From a virus, in the IMG/VR virus record IMGVR_UViG_3300050016_000032, positions 1 through 44,493 of that record: 44,493 nucleotides of DNA, one strand, 5' to 3'. Positions 1-7,788 of this stretch are shown in pieces. The notes below the pieces were generated by a model that did no database searches, was not told the origin of the DNA, and worked only from the letters and a program-made list of their open reading frames with translations. Numbering within the stretch: position 1 is the first letter of the stretch; each line of letters starts with the position of its first letter. Both the position numbers and the translations under genes were made by a program.

Positions 1-127
1 CAGGTGCGATTGATAATCATTCTCAATTTGGATGGTCAGATGAGAATGGTTCGCAACAAAGATACCAGGTGCGATTGATAATCATTCTCAATTTGGATGG
101 TCAGATGAGAATGGTTCGCAACAAAGA
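1..127. repeat. Tandem direct repeat, 65-bp unit, about 1.95 copies (1-65; 66-127, second copy diverges after nt 127)
   Basis: Read directly: caggtgcgattgataatcattctcaatttggatggtcagatgagaatggttcgcaacaaagatac recurs with a 65-nt period. It is AT-rich relative to the rest of the window. It is non-coding and lies between the divergent early (-) and late (+) blocks. Confidence 0.95.
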
Positions 128-129
128 CC

Positions 130-150
130 GGGGTAGGGTGGGGGGTAGGG
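130..150 (+). other. G-quadruplex-forming motif GGGGtaGGGtGGGGGGtaGGG
   Basis: Four G-tracts (130-133, 136-138, 140-145, 148-150) separated by 1-2 nt loops, immediately 3' of the tandem repeat. The motif is certain; its function is unknown. Confidence 0.5.
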
Positions 151-253
151 CCCCACTCGCACGTGCACATGGTCAGTCAGCGCGCATGGCTCTCGCGCGG
201 CCGGTTTTTGGAAATTCACCCCATCCTATACTATTACTCAGGATGCCGCCCGC

Positions 254-282
254 TTGACTTCCCCCGCGGTATCCTATATTTT
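254..282 (+). promoter_or_regulatory. Candidate sigma70-type promoter for the terS/terL operon
   Basis: TTGACT (254-259), 17-nt spacer, TATTTT (277-282). Alternative -10 is TATATT (275-280) with a 15-nt spacer. The predicted start site falls on or next to the terS ATG at 289. Confidence 0.35.
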
Positions 283-288
283 TTTAGG

Positions 289-906
289 ATGACCGGCGCA
301 ACAGCGAAAACGATCACCCGACCGATGCTTATTCGCCTTGAAGACGAGGGCAAGTTCGGGCCTGCGATGGAAGCCCTGCCGAGCGATCGGATGCGGGCCT
401 TCGTGATAGCCCTTCTCAACCAGGGCGGGCGCGGGTTGGTCCGTGCCTACATGACCGCGGGCTACTCGGGCGACCCGAACTCGACTACTCTCAGCACGGA
501 AGCCTTCCGCCTCGCCCACGATGACCGCATCCAGGAAGCGATGCGCGAGGAAGCCATGCGTCGGATGGGCGGCGCCGGCATCCTGGCCGTAAGCACTCTG
601 CTCGACATCATGCAGGACGACGCGATCAAGCCTGACCTGAAGGCCAAGGTCGCCGGAATGATACTCAACCGCACCGGCATGCACGAAACGACAGAGCACA
701 AAGTCTCCGTGAAGAAGGAATTGAACGAAGCCGACAAACTCGCGGCGATCGAGAAACTTGCCGGCATACTCGGCGTGGATCCGAAGACCCTGCTCGGCGA
801 GCAGTACCAGCCGAAGGAAATCGCCGGCCCCGTCGTCGATGCCGAGTTTAGTGTGGTCGAGGAAATCGTACCCACCAGCGAGGGGCTAGAAGACCTCCTT
901 GGCTGA
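289..906 (+). CDS. terS: Terminase small subunit (Terminase_2 / P27-like)
   Basis: ORF 163..906 trimmed to the first ATG. The core RAYMTAGYSGDPNSTTLSTEAFRLAHDDRIQEAM matches the conserved GYS helix-turn-helix region of small terminases. It overlaps the large terminase gene by 8 nt. Confidence 0.75.
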   Translation: MTGATAKTITRPMLIRLEDEGKFGPAMEALPSDRMRAFVIALLNQGGRGLVRAYMTAGYSGDPNSTTLSTEAFRLAHDDRIQEAMREEAMRRMGGAGILAVSTLLDIMQDDAIKPDLKAKVAGMILNRTGMHETTEHKVSVKKELNEADKLAAIEKLAGILGVDPKTLLGEQYQPKEIAGPVVDAEFSVVEEIVPTSEGLEDLLG

Positions 907-2347
907 CCTCGACGCTATCCTGGCCGGACTTCAGCAGGCGGTCGATCTCCGCCAGCATTCGAAAATCCGTTTTTTCAAACCCTATCCGAAGCAGGAAGCA
1001 TTTTTCGAAATGGGTGCGACCATGCGCGAGCGCCTTCTGCTCGCGGGCAACCAGCTCGGCAAGTCGGAAGCTGGTGCCTATGAAGTCGCTTGTCATCTCA
1101 CCGGCCGGTATCCGTCGTGGTGGAAGGGACGAAAATTCGACCATCCGGTAAAGGTGTGGGCGTGTTCTGAAAGTTCGGGCGTAGTCCGTGACGTGGCCCA
1201 GTCGAAACTCTGTGGGCATTTTGGTGTCACGGAAGATTTTGGCACTGGGTATATCCCAAAGGGTGACTTCACTGACACGCCATCAACGGCCCGCGGGGTT
1301 ACAGACGCCTACGACATGATCCAGGTTCGCCACCACAACGCCAAGGGTGAGCCCGATGGCACCTCGACGTGTTCTTTCAAGTCCTACGAGCAGGGCCGGC
1401 TGAAATTTCAGGGCACCAGCATCGACGTTGCATGGATGGACGAGGAATGCCCAATGGACATTTACTCGGAAATCCTGACGCGCACGACGGCTACACACGG
1501 GATGGTATTCACCACGTTCACGCCGATGAAAGGTCCGACCGCGGTAGTCAACCGTTTCATTGTCGAGAAGTCGCCCGAGCGCGGCATGGTGACGATGACT
1601 ATTTACGACGCGCTTCACTTCACCGAAGAAGAACGCAAGCAAAAAATTGCGGATTATCCGGCTCACGAGCGCGAAGCCCGCGCGATGGGTGTTCCCATTC
1701 TTGGCTCGGGTCGCATCTTCTCCTACGCCGACGAGACAATCACCGAGAACCCGCTGACCTACGTCCCGCAACACTGGGTCAAGATTTGGGGCATCGACTT
1801 CGGCATCGACCATCCGTTCGCCGCTTCGCTCATTCTGTGGGACAAGGACGCGGATGTGATCCATGTCCACTACGCCTTCCGCATGTCGGGCGGTCTGCCG
1901 ATCAACCATGTCGCTGCGATGAAGCCGGTCGGCGCCGCCGTTCCCGTCGCCTGGCCCCACGATGGCGACAACCGCGAGAAGTCCACCGGCGTTACGCTCA
2001 TCACCTCGTACCAGAAAGCCGGGCTGCGCACGCTCGGCCAGCATGCGACGTGGGAGGATGGCGGCCTTTCGACCGAGGCCGGCGTGCTGGAGATGCAGCA
2101 GCGCATGACCACTAACCGCTTCAAAGTCAACCGTACGCTGATGCAAGGTGACTTCGGCGAAGAATTTCGTTTCTACCATCGTAAGGATGGTCTGATCGTC
2201 AAGGAGCGCGACGACATAATCTCGGCCACGCGCATCGCGATCATGGCGAAGCGGTTTGCCCAGCCGGTCCAGCTCGGCGGCAAGATCGGCAACCTTCATC
2301 GAAAAGAAGTTGCCGACGATGTTGACTTCGACCTCTGGGGGGGTTGA
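899..2347 (+). CDS. terL: Terminase large subunit
   Basis: 482 aa. Walker A-like LLLAGNQLGKSEAG. The nuclease-half motif IWGIDFGIDHPFA looks RNase H-like. TTG start. Position directly after terS. Confidence 0.88.
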   Translation: MADLDAILAGLQQAVDLRQHSKIRFFKPYPKQEAFFEMGATMRERLLLAGNQLGKSEAGAYEVACHLTGRYPSWWKGRKFDHPVKVWACSESSGVVRDVAQSKLCGHFGVTEDFGTGYIPKGDFTDTPSTARGVTDAYDMIQVRHHNAKGEPDGTSTCSFKSYEQGRLKFQGTSIDVAWMDEECPMDIYSEILTRTTATHGMVFTTFTPMKGPTAVVNRFIVEKSPERGMVTMTIYDALHFTEEERKQKIADYPAHEREARAMGVPILGSGRIFSYADETITENPLTYVPQHWVKIWGIDFGIDHPFAASLILWDKDADVIHVHYAFRMSGGLPINHVAAMKPVGAAVPVAWPHDGDNREKSTGVTLITSYQKAGLRTLGQHATWEDGGLSTEAGVLEMQQRMTTNRFKVNRTLMQGDFGEEFRFYHRKDGLIVKERDDIISATRIAIMAKRFAQPVQLGGKIGNLHRKEVADDVDFDLWGG

Positions 2348-2427
2348 ACTTTTCTGACCCGGCCGAGTTGACACCGGCTGGGGGGGCGAGTAGAGAAATT
2401 CGCGCCCACAATTTTGAGGCAGACCCC

Positions 2428-2808
2428 ATGTACGCTTGGATAGACGCAGTTCTTCTGTTCCTCGTCCTCCTGGTCGTACTCAACTCACGAGGTACTATCA
2501 TGGCACTCAAGGATGATCTCACCGCACTCGCGTCCGCGCTCACGGCCTACATCGCCGCGGTCGGCGTGGCTACCGCCGGAACCAACGCAGCCGTTGCTGC
2601 CGCGGTTGCAGCGGACGAAGCCGGCACGGACGTAGACGTGCAGGCGCTCAAGGCGCAGGTCGCGGCCGCTCAGGCTGGTCTTGCTCCGGCAGCGGCAACC
2701 GTAGCCGCAGCGGTCACCACTCCGGCGATCGTCGCAGCGGCTCCGGCCATCGTCCCCCCGACCACAGTGGCGGCGGACGGCACTTCGAACCAGCCGACAC
2801 TCGGCTAA
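2428..2808 (+). CDS. Ala-rich membrane protein (N-terminal TM helix), function unknown
   Basis: ATG at 2428 has GAGG about 9 nt upstream. The N-terminus WIDAVLLFLVLLVVL is hydrophobic and the rest is Ala/Val/Thr-rich. Followed by an intrinsic terminator. Confidence 0.55.
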   Translation: MYAWIDAVLLFLVLLVVLNSRGTIMALKDDLTALASALTAYIAAVGVATAGTNAAVAAAVAADEAGTDVDVQALKAQVAAAQAGLAPAAATVAAAVTTPAIVAAAPAIVPPTTVAADGTSNQPTLG

Positions 2809-2828
2809 CCGCTACTTTGAATGACAAG

Positions 2829-2859
2829 ACCCCCGGGCCAAAAACCCGGGGGTTGTTTT
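2829..2859 (+). terminator. Rho-independent terminator
   Basis: 9-bp GC stem acccccggg / cccgggggt with a 7-nt loop (ccaaaaa), followed by tgtttt. Confidence 0.8.
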
Positions 2860-2872
2860 CGGAGGAAGTCAC

Positions 2873-3061
2873 ATGGACCTCATTTTTCTCGTTGCCGCCT
2901 TCATCGGCGGTTGCTTTGCGGGTGGCTTCATCAATCACTGGATGATTTCCAGCGGTGTCAGCGCGGGCCTGTCCTCGCTTGAGGTGAAGGTCGGCAATCT
3001 TCAGGCGACCGTCGCCAACAAGGTTGCCACGCTCAAGCCGGCGACAACCAGCAAATCCTGA
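2873..3061 (+). CDS. Small single-pass membrane protein (holin/antiholin or spanin-like candidate)
   Basis: Strong SD GGAGGAAG upstream. N-terminal TM LIFLVAAFIGGCFAGGFI. The stop overlaps the endolysin ATG (TGATG). Confidence 0.6.
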   Translation: MDLIFLVAAFIGGCFAGGFINHWMISSGVSAGLSSLEVKVGNLQATVANKVATLKPATTSKS

Positions 3062-3852
3062 TGCTGAACCGGGATCAGTTTTTCGCCCACGTCAGCGCCT
3101 CGCTGTTCGCGGGGCACATACTTGGAACACAGCAGGCGGGGATCACGATTATCCTCGACGAGTGGGACAAGCGTGGACTGACTGATCTTCACTGGCTGGC
3201 CTACATGCTGGCAACTGCGTATTGGGAGTGCGACCGCACCATGCAGTCCATTCGCGAAGTCGGTGGGTCGCGAGCGCGGTACGCTCCCTGGTATGGGCGT
3301 GGTTTCGTTCAACTGACTTGGCAGGCAAACTATGCAAAAGCGTCAAAGTTTGTGGGTGTGGACCTTATTGCTAATCCCGATCTGGCTCTTAGCCCACCCA
3401 TTGCCGTCCAAATTCTGTTCGACGGAATGCTCGACGGATGGTTCACCGGCAAAAAGCTCTCCGACTACAATACTTCCAACGGTTTCGACTACGTTGGTGC
3501 CCGCCACATCATCAACGGCAACGACCGCGATACCGTCATCGCCGGCATCGCCGGTACGTTCTTTTACTGCGCCATCGCCGCCAACCAAGGGAAAACCTTT
3601 ATCCCGGTCAGTTCACCCGCGCTCACACCTCCGCTCGGTAAAATCCCCGGCTCCGCCCCGGAAGTTGCCAAGCCCCTCCCCGCGACTACTGCCGCCCGTG
3701 CCTCAGCCGGGGTTACAGCAGTTGTGGTTGCAATTGGTGGGGCCATCGCTGCCACCTCCGGCGCCGTCTTCAACCCGGCCTTTCTCGTCATGGCACTTTG
3801 CGCATCTGCCATCGTCGTGCTACTCGCTTATCTGCACCTGAAAGGAAAATAA
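3061..3852 (+). CDS. Glycoside hydrolase family 19 (chitinase-like) endolysin with C-terminal Pro-rich linker and two predicted TM helices
   Basis: GH19 signature LATAYWECDRT ... WYGRGFVQLTWQANY. C-terminus AGVTAVVVAIGGAIAATSGAV and FLVMALCASAIVVLLAYL. Confidence 0.85.
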   Translation: MLNRDQFFAHVSASLFAGHILGTQQAGITIILDEWDKRGLTDLHWLAYMLATAYWECDRTMQSIREVGGSRARYAPWYGRGFVQLTWQANYAKASKFVGVDLIANPDLALSPPIAVQILFDGMLDGWFTGKKLSDYNTSNGFDYVGARHIINGNDRDTVIAGIAGTFFYCAIAANQGKTFIPVSSPALTPPLGKIPGSAPEVAKPLPATTAARASAGVTAVVVAIGGAIAATSGAVFNPAFLVMALCASAIVVLLAYLHLKGK

Positions 3853-3853
3853 C

Positions 3854-3979
3854 ATGGTCCATGCTTCAATCCCCGGAATTGCCCTCGTCATTGCTGGCAT
3901 CCTCGGCGCCCTTGGCGTCGATGCCCGCATTGCTTGGGCTTGTGTCGCCATCGCCGGCCTGTTCCTTTTGGTTGGCTGA
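3854..3979 (+). CDS. 41-aa double-TM peptide (below the ORF-track cutoff)
   Basis: Hand translation gives MVHASIPGIALVIAGILGALGVDARIAWACVAIAGLFLLVG. SD AAAGGAAA lies 8 nt upstream. The stop overlaps the next ATG. Confidence 0.5.
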   Translation: MVHASIPGIALVIAGILGALGVDARIAWACVAIAGLFLLVG

Positions 3980-4212
3980 TGAAGTTCACGATCAACGCAG
4001 ATTGGATTGGGGGTGTGTGGGGCCGAGTGACCACGCACGTCCTCACCATTTTGACCGGCGCGCAGCCGATCTTTTCGGCGCTGGACCCGACCCTGTACAC
4101 GGGTGCCCCGTGGCTACGTTGGGTTGGTCCAAGTGTTGCGCTCGGCATCATCCTGCTTAGTGAGTGGGCGCCCCCGCACGAGCAACACGAACAGCACGAC
4201 GGGGACCACTGA
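3979..4212 (+). CDS. Small membrane protein
   Basis: ORF 3934..4212 trimmed to the ATG at 3979, which overlaps the preceding stop. Hydrophobic segments VTTHVLTILTGAQPIF and VGPSVALGIILL. His/Glu-rich tail. Confidence 0.5.
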   Translation: MKFTINADWIGGVWGRVTTHVLTILTGAQPIFSALDPTLYTGAPWLRWVGPSVALGIILLSEWAPPHEQHEQHDGDH

Positions 4213-4634
4213 TGGGCGCGATCTTCGGCTGGCTTCTCAATTTTCTTGGCGGCAACGTCGTTCAGGACGTGCTCAACTATTTGCAGGTGAACGCCAACAC
4301 CGACGTTCAGAAGTCGCAGATTGCGGCGACGAAAGAAACTACCCTGGCCGCAACGTCGGCAAGCGTCGTTCTTGGCGGTATGGCGCATAAGACATTCTGG
4401 TTCTTTTGGGCGCTCTTTGTCGCGCCGCTCGCGTTCTGGTGGATCATCGTTTTCACCAACACGGTCCTGGCCGGGTGGGTCGGAAGCTGGGATATTGCGG
4501 AGATCCCGCCGCAGCTCGTGCCGTGGGCAAATTTCATCTTCAGTAACGTCTTTTATTCAGGCGCCGGGGTGGCGGGGGTGGGCATCATCAGCACCGCTGC
4601 GGTTCAGGTTGCAAAAATCGTGAAGAAGGTGTAA
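4212..4634 (+). CDS. Multi-TM membrane protein, holin candidate (about 3 TM)
   Basis: ORF 4164..4634 trimmed to the ATG at 4212 (TGATG overlap, GGGGA upstream). Amphipathic N-terminus, then FWFFWALFVAPLAFWWIIVF and further hydrophobic helices. Confidence 0.55.
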   Translation: MGAIFGWLLNFLGGNVVQDVLNYLQVNANTDVQKSQIAATKETTLAATSASVVLGGMAHKTFWFFWALFVAPLAFWWIIVFTNTVLAGWVGSWDIAEIPPQLVPWANFIFSNVFYSGAGVAGVGIISTAAVQVAKIVKKV

Positions 4635-4670
4635 GGCATTTTTTTATCCTCTAGTCGAGAATGAGACGCA

Positions 4671-4874
4671 ATGTCAGGAACGATGAACCAAAACCCCATC
4701 GCTGCCAGCGCCGCCATTTTCGACATGGGCCTTGGCGACGGCGAGAACCTTCAGAAACAGCGCCTTCAGGAAACCGAGGACGAGCGTAAGCGCCGTCTTG
4801 GCCTGATGACCCAGCCTGACCAGACGCCGCGGGACATAATCAGCCCGGCAGTCGCTTCGATTTTCGGAGGCTGA
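4671..4874 (+). CDS. Hypothetical protein (67 aa)
   Basis: ORF in the operon gap directly upstream of the portal gene. Weak SD. No recognisable motif. Confidence 0.45.
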   Translation: MSGTMNQNPIAASAAIFDMGLGDGENLQKQRLQETEDERKRRLGLMTQPDQTPRDIISPAVASIFGG

Positions 4875-4875
4875 G

Positions 4876-6603
4876 TTGGCAGTCGGGATTTCGCAAGCGG
4901 AAGAAGAAAAGGTCCGGCGCACTCTGCATGACTTCGAAACCATGCAGACCAATCGGAGCACGTTCAATGCGCACTACGAAGACGTGGCCTCGCTCATCCT
5001 TCCGAGTTATCGCGGTACCTTCTATTTCGGTTCGACCAACTACCCGGGGCAAAAGAAAACCGACCTTCAGGTCGATGCGACTGGGATGGTTGCTCTATCC
5101 CGCTTTGCTGCTATTTGCGATAGCCTGCTTACACCTCGCAATCTCACATGGCATGGCCTTGAGGCTGACGACGACTATGTGATGAAGGACCGGCAGACGC
5201 GCGAGTGGTTTCAGAACACGTCGCGAAAGCTGTTCAAGTATCGCTACGCACCAAGCGCGAACTTCGTCGCCAACAATCAGGCGGTCTATCAATCGCTCGG
5301 TGCCTTTGGCACGGGCGTCCAGTTCATCGAACCTTTCTACGATATTCACCGCAACCGCCCCGGGCTCCGCTACCGCTCGATCCCACTCGGCGAAATCTAT
5401 CTGCGCACCAACCACCAGGGTTTGTTCGACGGTTACATTCGCGTGCTCAAGCGCACCGCGCGCCAGTTCCTTCAGGTCGAAGCGTGGAAGGCCAAGGCGC
5501 CGGAAATGGTGCTCAAGGCCAACGAGACGGACAGCCCGCAGGAGTTCATCATCCTTCAGGACGTGAAGCCGAACACGGATTACGAGGTTGGTCGCAAGGA
5601 CGACAAGGGCAAGCCGTACTACTCGTGTTACGTCTCAATGGAAGGTAAGTGCATCCTTGAGGAAGGCGGCTACAATTCGTTTCCCGCGGCGGCTTCACGC
5701 TACCAGCAAGCCCCGGGCGAAGACTACGGGCGTGGTCCGGCAATGGACGTGCTGCCTGCGCTGAAGACTTTGAACGCGCAGAAACGGGACTTCCTCAAAG
5801 CAGGCCATCGTGCAGCCGACCCGGTGCTTCTGTCGCATGACGATGGCATGCTCAATCTTTCGCTGCGCCCGGGGGCGCTCAACAAGGGTGGCATGTCGCC
5901 TGACGGCAAGCCATTAGTCGGTGTCCTCCCGGTCGGGCAAATCCAGGTCAGCCTGGAGATGATGCAGGAAGAACAGAAACTCATCAACGACGTGTTCTTG
6001 GTTTCGCTGTTCCAGATCATGACAGAGAAGAACGACATGACCGCGACCGAGGTCATCGAGCGCGTCAACGAGAAGGGCATCCTGATCGCGCCGACCGTTG
6101 GCCGTCAGCAGTCGGAATACCTCGGGCCGATGATCGACCGTGAACTCGATGTCCTCTCGTCGCTCGGCGCTCTCGACCCGATGCCACCGCGGCTGAAGGA
6201 AGCCGGTGGAAATTACAACGTCGTCTACACGTCGCCGCTGGCGAAGGCCATGCGCGCGGGTGAAGCGGCGGGCTTCATGCGTACCGTTGAAGGCGTCAAG
6301 GAACTCGTCAACATCACGGGCGACCAATCGTTGCTCGACCCGTTCTCATTCGATCGCGCCATACCGGAAATCGCTGACATTCAGGCGGTGCCGATCACAT
6401 GGATGGCGACCCAAACCGAGATCAACCAGAAGCGCAAGGGCCGCGCGCAGGCGGCGGCGGCACAGCAGAAGATACAGGCAGCGCCGGCCGCGGCCGCAAT
6501 AATGAAAGCGCAGGCGGCATCGCAGAAGGCGGGTATCGCGCCGGCCGCGCGTAATCTCGCCCCCGGCCCCGGTCAGGCTCAACCCGGGATACCCAGTCCA
6601 TGA
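4876..6603 (+). CDS. Portal (head-to-tail connector) protein, T7 gp8-like
   Basis: 575 aa. TTG start 5 nt after GGAGG. Gene order is portal, scaffold, capsid. The Ala/Gln-rich C-terminal tail is typical of podovirus connectors. Confidence 0.8.
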   Translation: MAVGISQAEEEKVRRTLHDFETMQTNRSTFNAHYEDVASLILPSYRGTFYFGSTNYPGQKKTDLQVDATGMVALSRFAAICDSLLTPRNLTWHGLEADDDYVMKDRQTREWFQNTSRKLFKYRYAPSANFVANNQAVYQSLGAFGTGVQFIEPFYDIHRNRPGLRYRSIPLGEIYLRTNHQGLFDGYIRVLKRTARQFLQVEAWKAKAPEMVLKANETDSPQEFIILQDVKPNTDYEVGRKDDKGKPYYSCYVSMEGKCILEEGGYNSFPAAASRYQQAPGEDYGRGPAMDVLPALKTLNAQKRDFLKAGHRAADPVLLSHDDGMLNLSLRPGALNKGGMSPDGKPLVGVLPVGQIQVSLEMMQEEQKLINDVFLVSLFQIMTEKNDMTATEVIERVNEKGILIAPTVGRQQSEYLGPMIDRELDVLSSLGALDPMPPRLKEAGGNYNVVYTSPLAKAMRAGEAAGFMRTVEGVKELVNITGDQSLLDPFSFDRAIPEIADIQAVPITWMATQTEINQKRKGRAQAAAAQQKIQAAPAAAAIMKAQAASQKAGIAPAARNLAPGPGQAQPGIPSP

Positions 6604-6896
6604 CGCCTGGTGAAGAAAATCTGCTTGAGACGCTGCGCCAGAAGAAGGGCGCGTTTCAGGTCACGTTCAATAACCCGACCGGGCAGCAGGTGTTGCTCGA
6701 TCTGGCAAAGGTCTGCGGCGAAGGCGTTACGGTCTACGATGTCAACGATCGCGAGCATTGCAGAAAAACGGGGCGCTATGAGGTCTGGCTTTACATTGCG
6801 CAATTGCTGAACCTCAGTACGGAAGAACTTTTCACTCTGGCAACCGGGCGTCCGGTGATCCACCAGAAACCACAAGAGGAAGTAGACGATGCCTGA
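6600..6896 (+). CDS. Hypothetical protein (98 aa)
   Basis: ATGA overlap with the portal stop. Overlaps the scaffold start. Confidence 0.55.
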   Translation: MTPGEENLLETLRQKKGAFQVTFNNPTGQQVLLDLAKVCGEGVTVYDVNDREHCRKTGRYEVWLYIAQLLNLSTEELFTLATGRPVIHQKPQEEVDDA

Positions 6897-7731
6897 TGAA
6901 CCCATTGTAGCCCCAGTTGTTGCTCCGGTAGTTTCTGGTGATCCTTGGTACAAGGGCGCCGATGCTGAACTGACCGGCCACATTCAGAACAAGGGCTGGG
7001 ACAAGAAGCCCGTCGCCGAAGTCGCGATGGAAGCAACCCGATCACAGCGTGAGGCGGAAAAGCTGCTTGGCGTCCCGGCCGAGCGTATTCTTCGTTTGCC
7101 GGCCGACCAGAAGAACGCTGACGAGATGAAGCCGGTTTGGCAGCGCCTCGGCGCACCAGCGGATGGCAAGTACGATTTCACTACGGTCAAGAAAGCTGAC
7201 GGCAAGCCACTCGATCAGCCGCTCGTCGATGCACTCACTGCGGCGTCGGCGGCGAATAGCTTGACCAAGGACGCCGCGCTCGGCGTAGCTCAGGCGGTTG
7301 CCAAGCATCTTGAAGGCGCCACGGCAACCCGCACTGCGGAGCAGACTGCGGCGCTGGCGACGGAAAAAGCCGAGCTCGACAAGAACTGGGGCGCCAACAA
7401 AGAAGCCAACATGTTCATCGTCAAGAACACGGCGAAGAACCTTGGCATCACACCCGAGGCTGTGGCCGCGCTGGAGGGTGTGGTCGGCTACAAGGCCGTC
7501 ATGGACATGATGCTCAACATCGGCATGAAGACCGGCGAAGCAAAGTTCGTCACCAGTCAGACGCCGAATGCCGGTGGTGGCGTGATGACCAAGGAGCAGG
7601 CTATCGTCCGCAAGGGTGAACTTTTCAAGGACGAGGCATGGGTGTCGGCGTACAACAAGGGTGACAGCGCCAAGAATAAGGAAATGCTGGCCCTCAACGT
7701 AATCATCACGGGCGAAGCTCCGTCGTGGTGA
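6889..7731 (+). CDS. Scaffolding protein (candidate)
   Basis: 280 aa, helical, Ala/Lys/Glu-rich. Lies between the portal and major capsid genes, as T7 gp9 does. Confidence 0.6.
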   Translation: MPDEPIVAPVVAPVVSGDPWYKGADAELTGHIQNKGWDKKPVAEVAMEATRSQREAEKLLGVPAERILRLPADQKNADEMKPVWQRLGAPADGKYDFTTVKKADGKPLDQPLVDALTAASAANSLTKDAALGVAQAVAKHLEGATATRTAEQTAALATEKAELDKNWGANKEANMFIVKNTAKNLGITPEAVAALEGVVGYKAVMDMMLNIGMKTGEAKFVTSQTPNAGGGVMTKEQAIVRKGELFKDEAWVSAYNKGDSAKNKEMLALNVIITGEAPSW

Positions 7732-7742
7732 GAATTATTCTC
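7730..7742. promoter_or_regulatory. Perfect 6-1-6 palindrome GAGAAT-T-ATTCTC, operator-like
   Basis: Read directly. Lies 8 nt upstream of the -35 of the capsid promoter. Same architecture as GATAAT-C-ATTCTC in each 65-bp terminal repeat unit. Confidence 0.45.
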
Positions 7743-7750
7743 AATCGCGC

Positions 7751-7779
7751 TTGACAGAGTTTTTCGGAAGTGCTTCAAT
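7751..7779 (+). promoter_or_regulatory. Sigma70-type promoter upstream of the major capsid gene
   Basis: TTGACA (7751-7756), 17-nt spacer, TTCAAT (7774-7779), in the 111-nt gap before the capsid ATG. Confidence 0.5.
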
Positions 7780-7788
7780 GCGACAACT

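Noticed and set aside
1-127. The 65-bp direct repeats as a CRISPR array
   Set aside because: The units are directly tandem with no unique spacers, there are only about two copies, and no cas genes are present.
171-212. Possible terminator gcgcg-catggctct-cgcgc followed by ggccggttttt
   Set aside because: The stem is only 5 bp with a 9-nt loop and the T-run is separated from it. This is too weak to call and there is no upstream gene to terminate.
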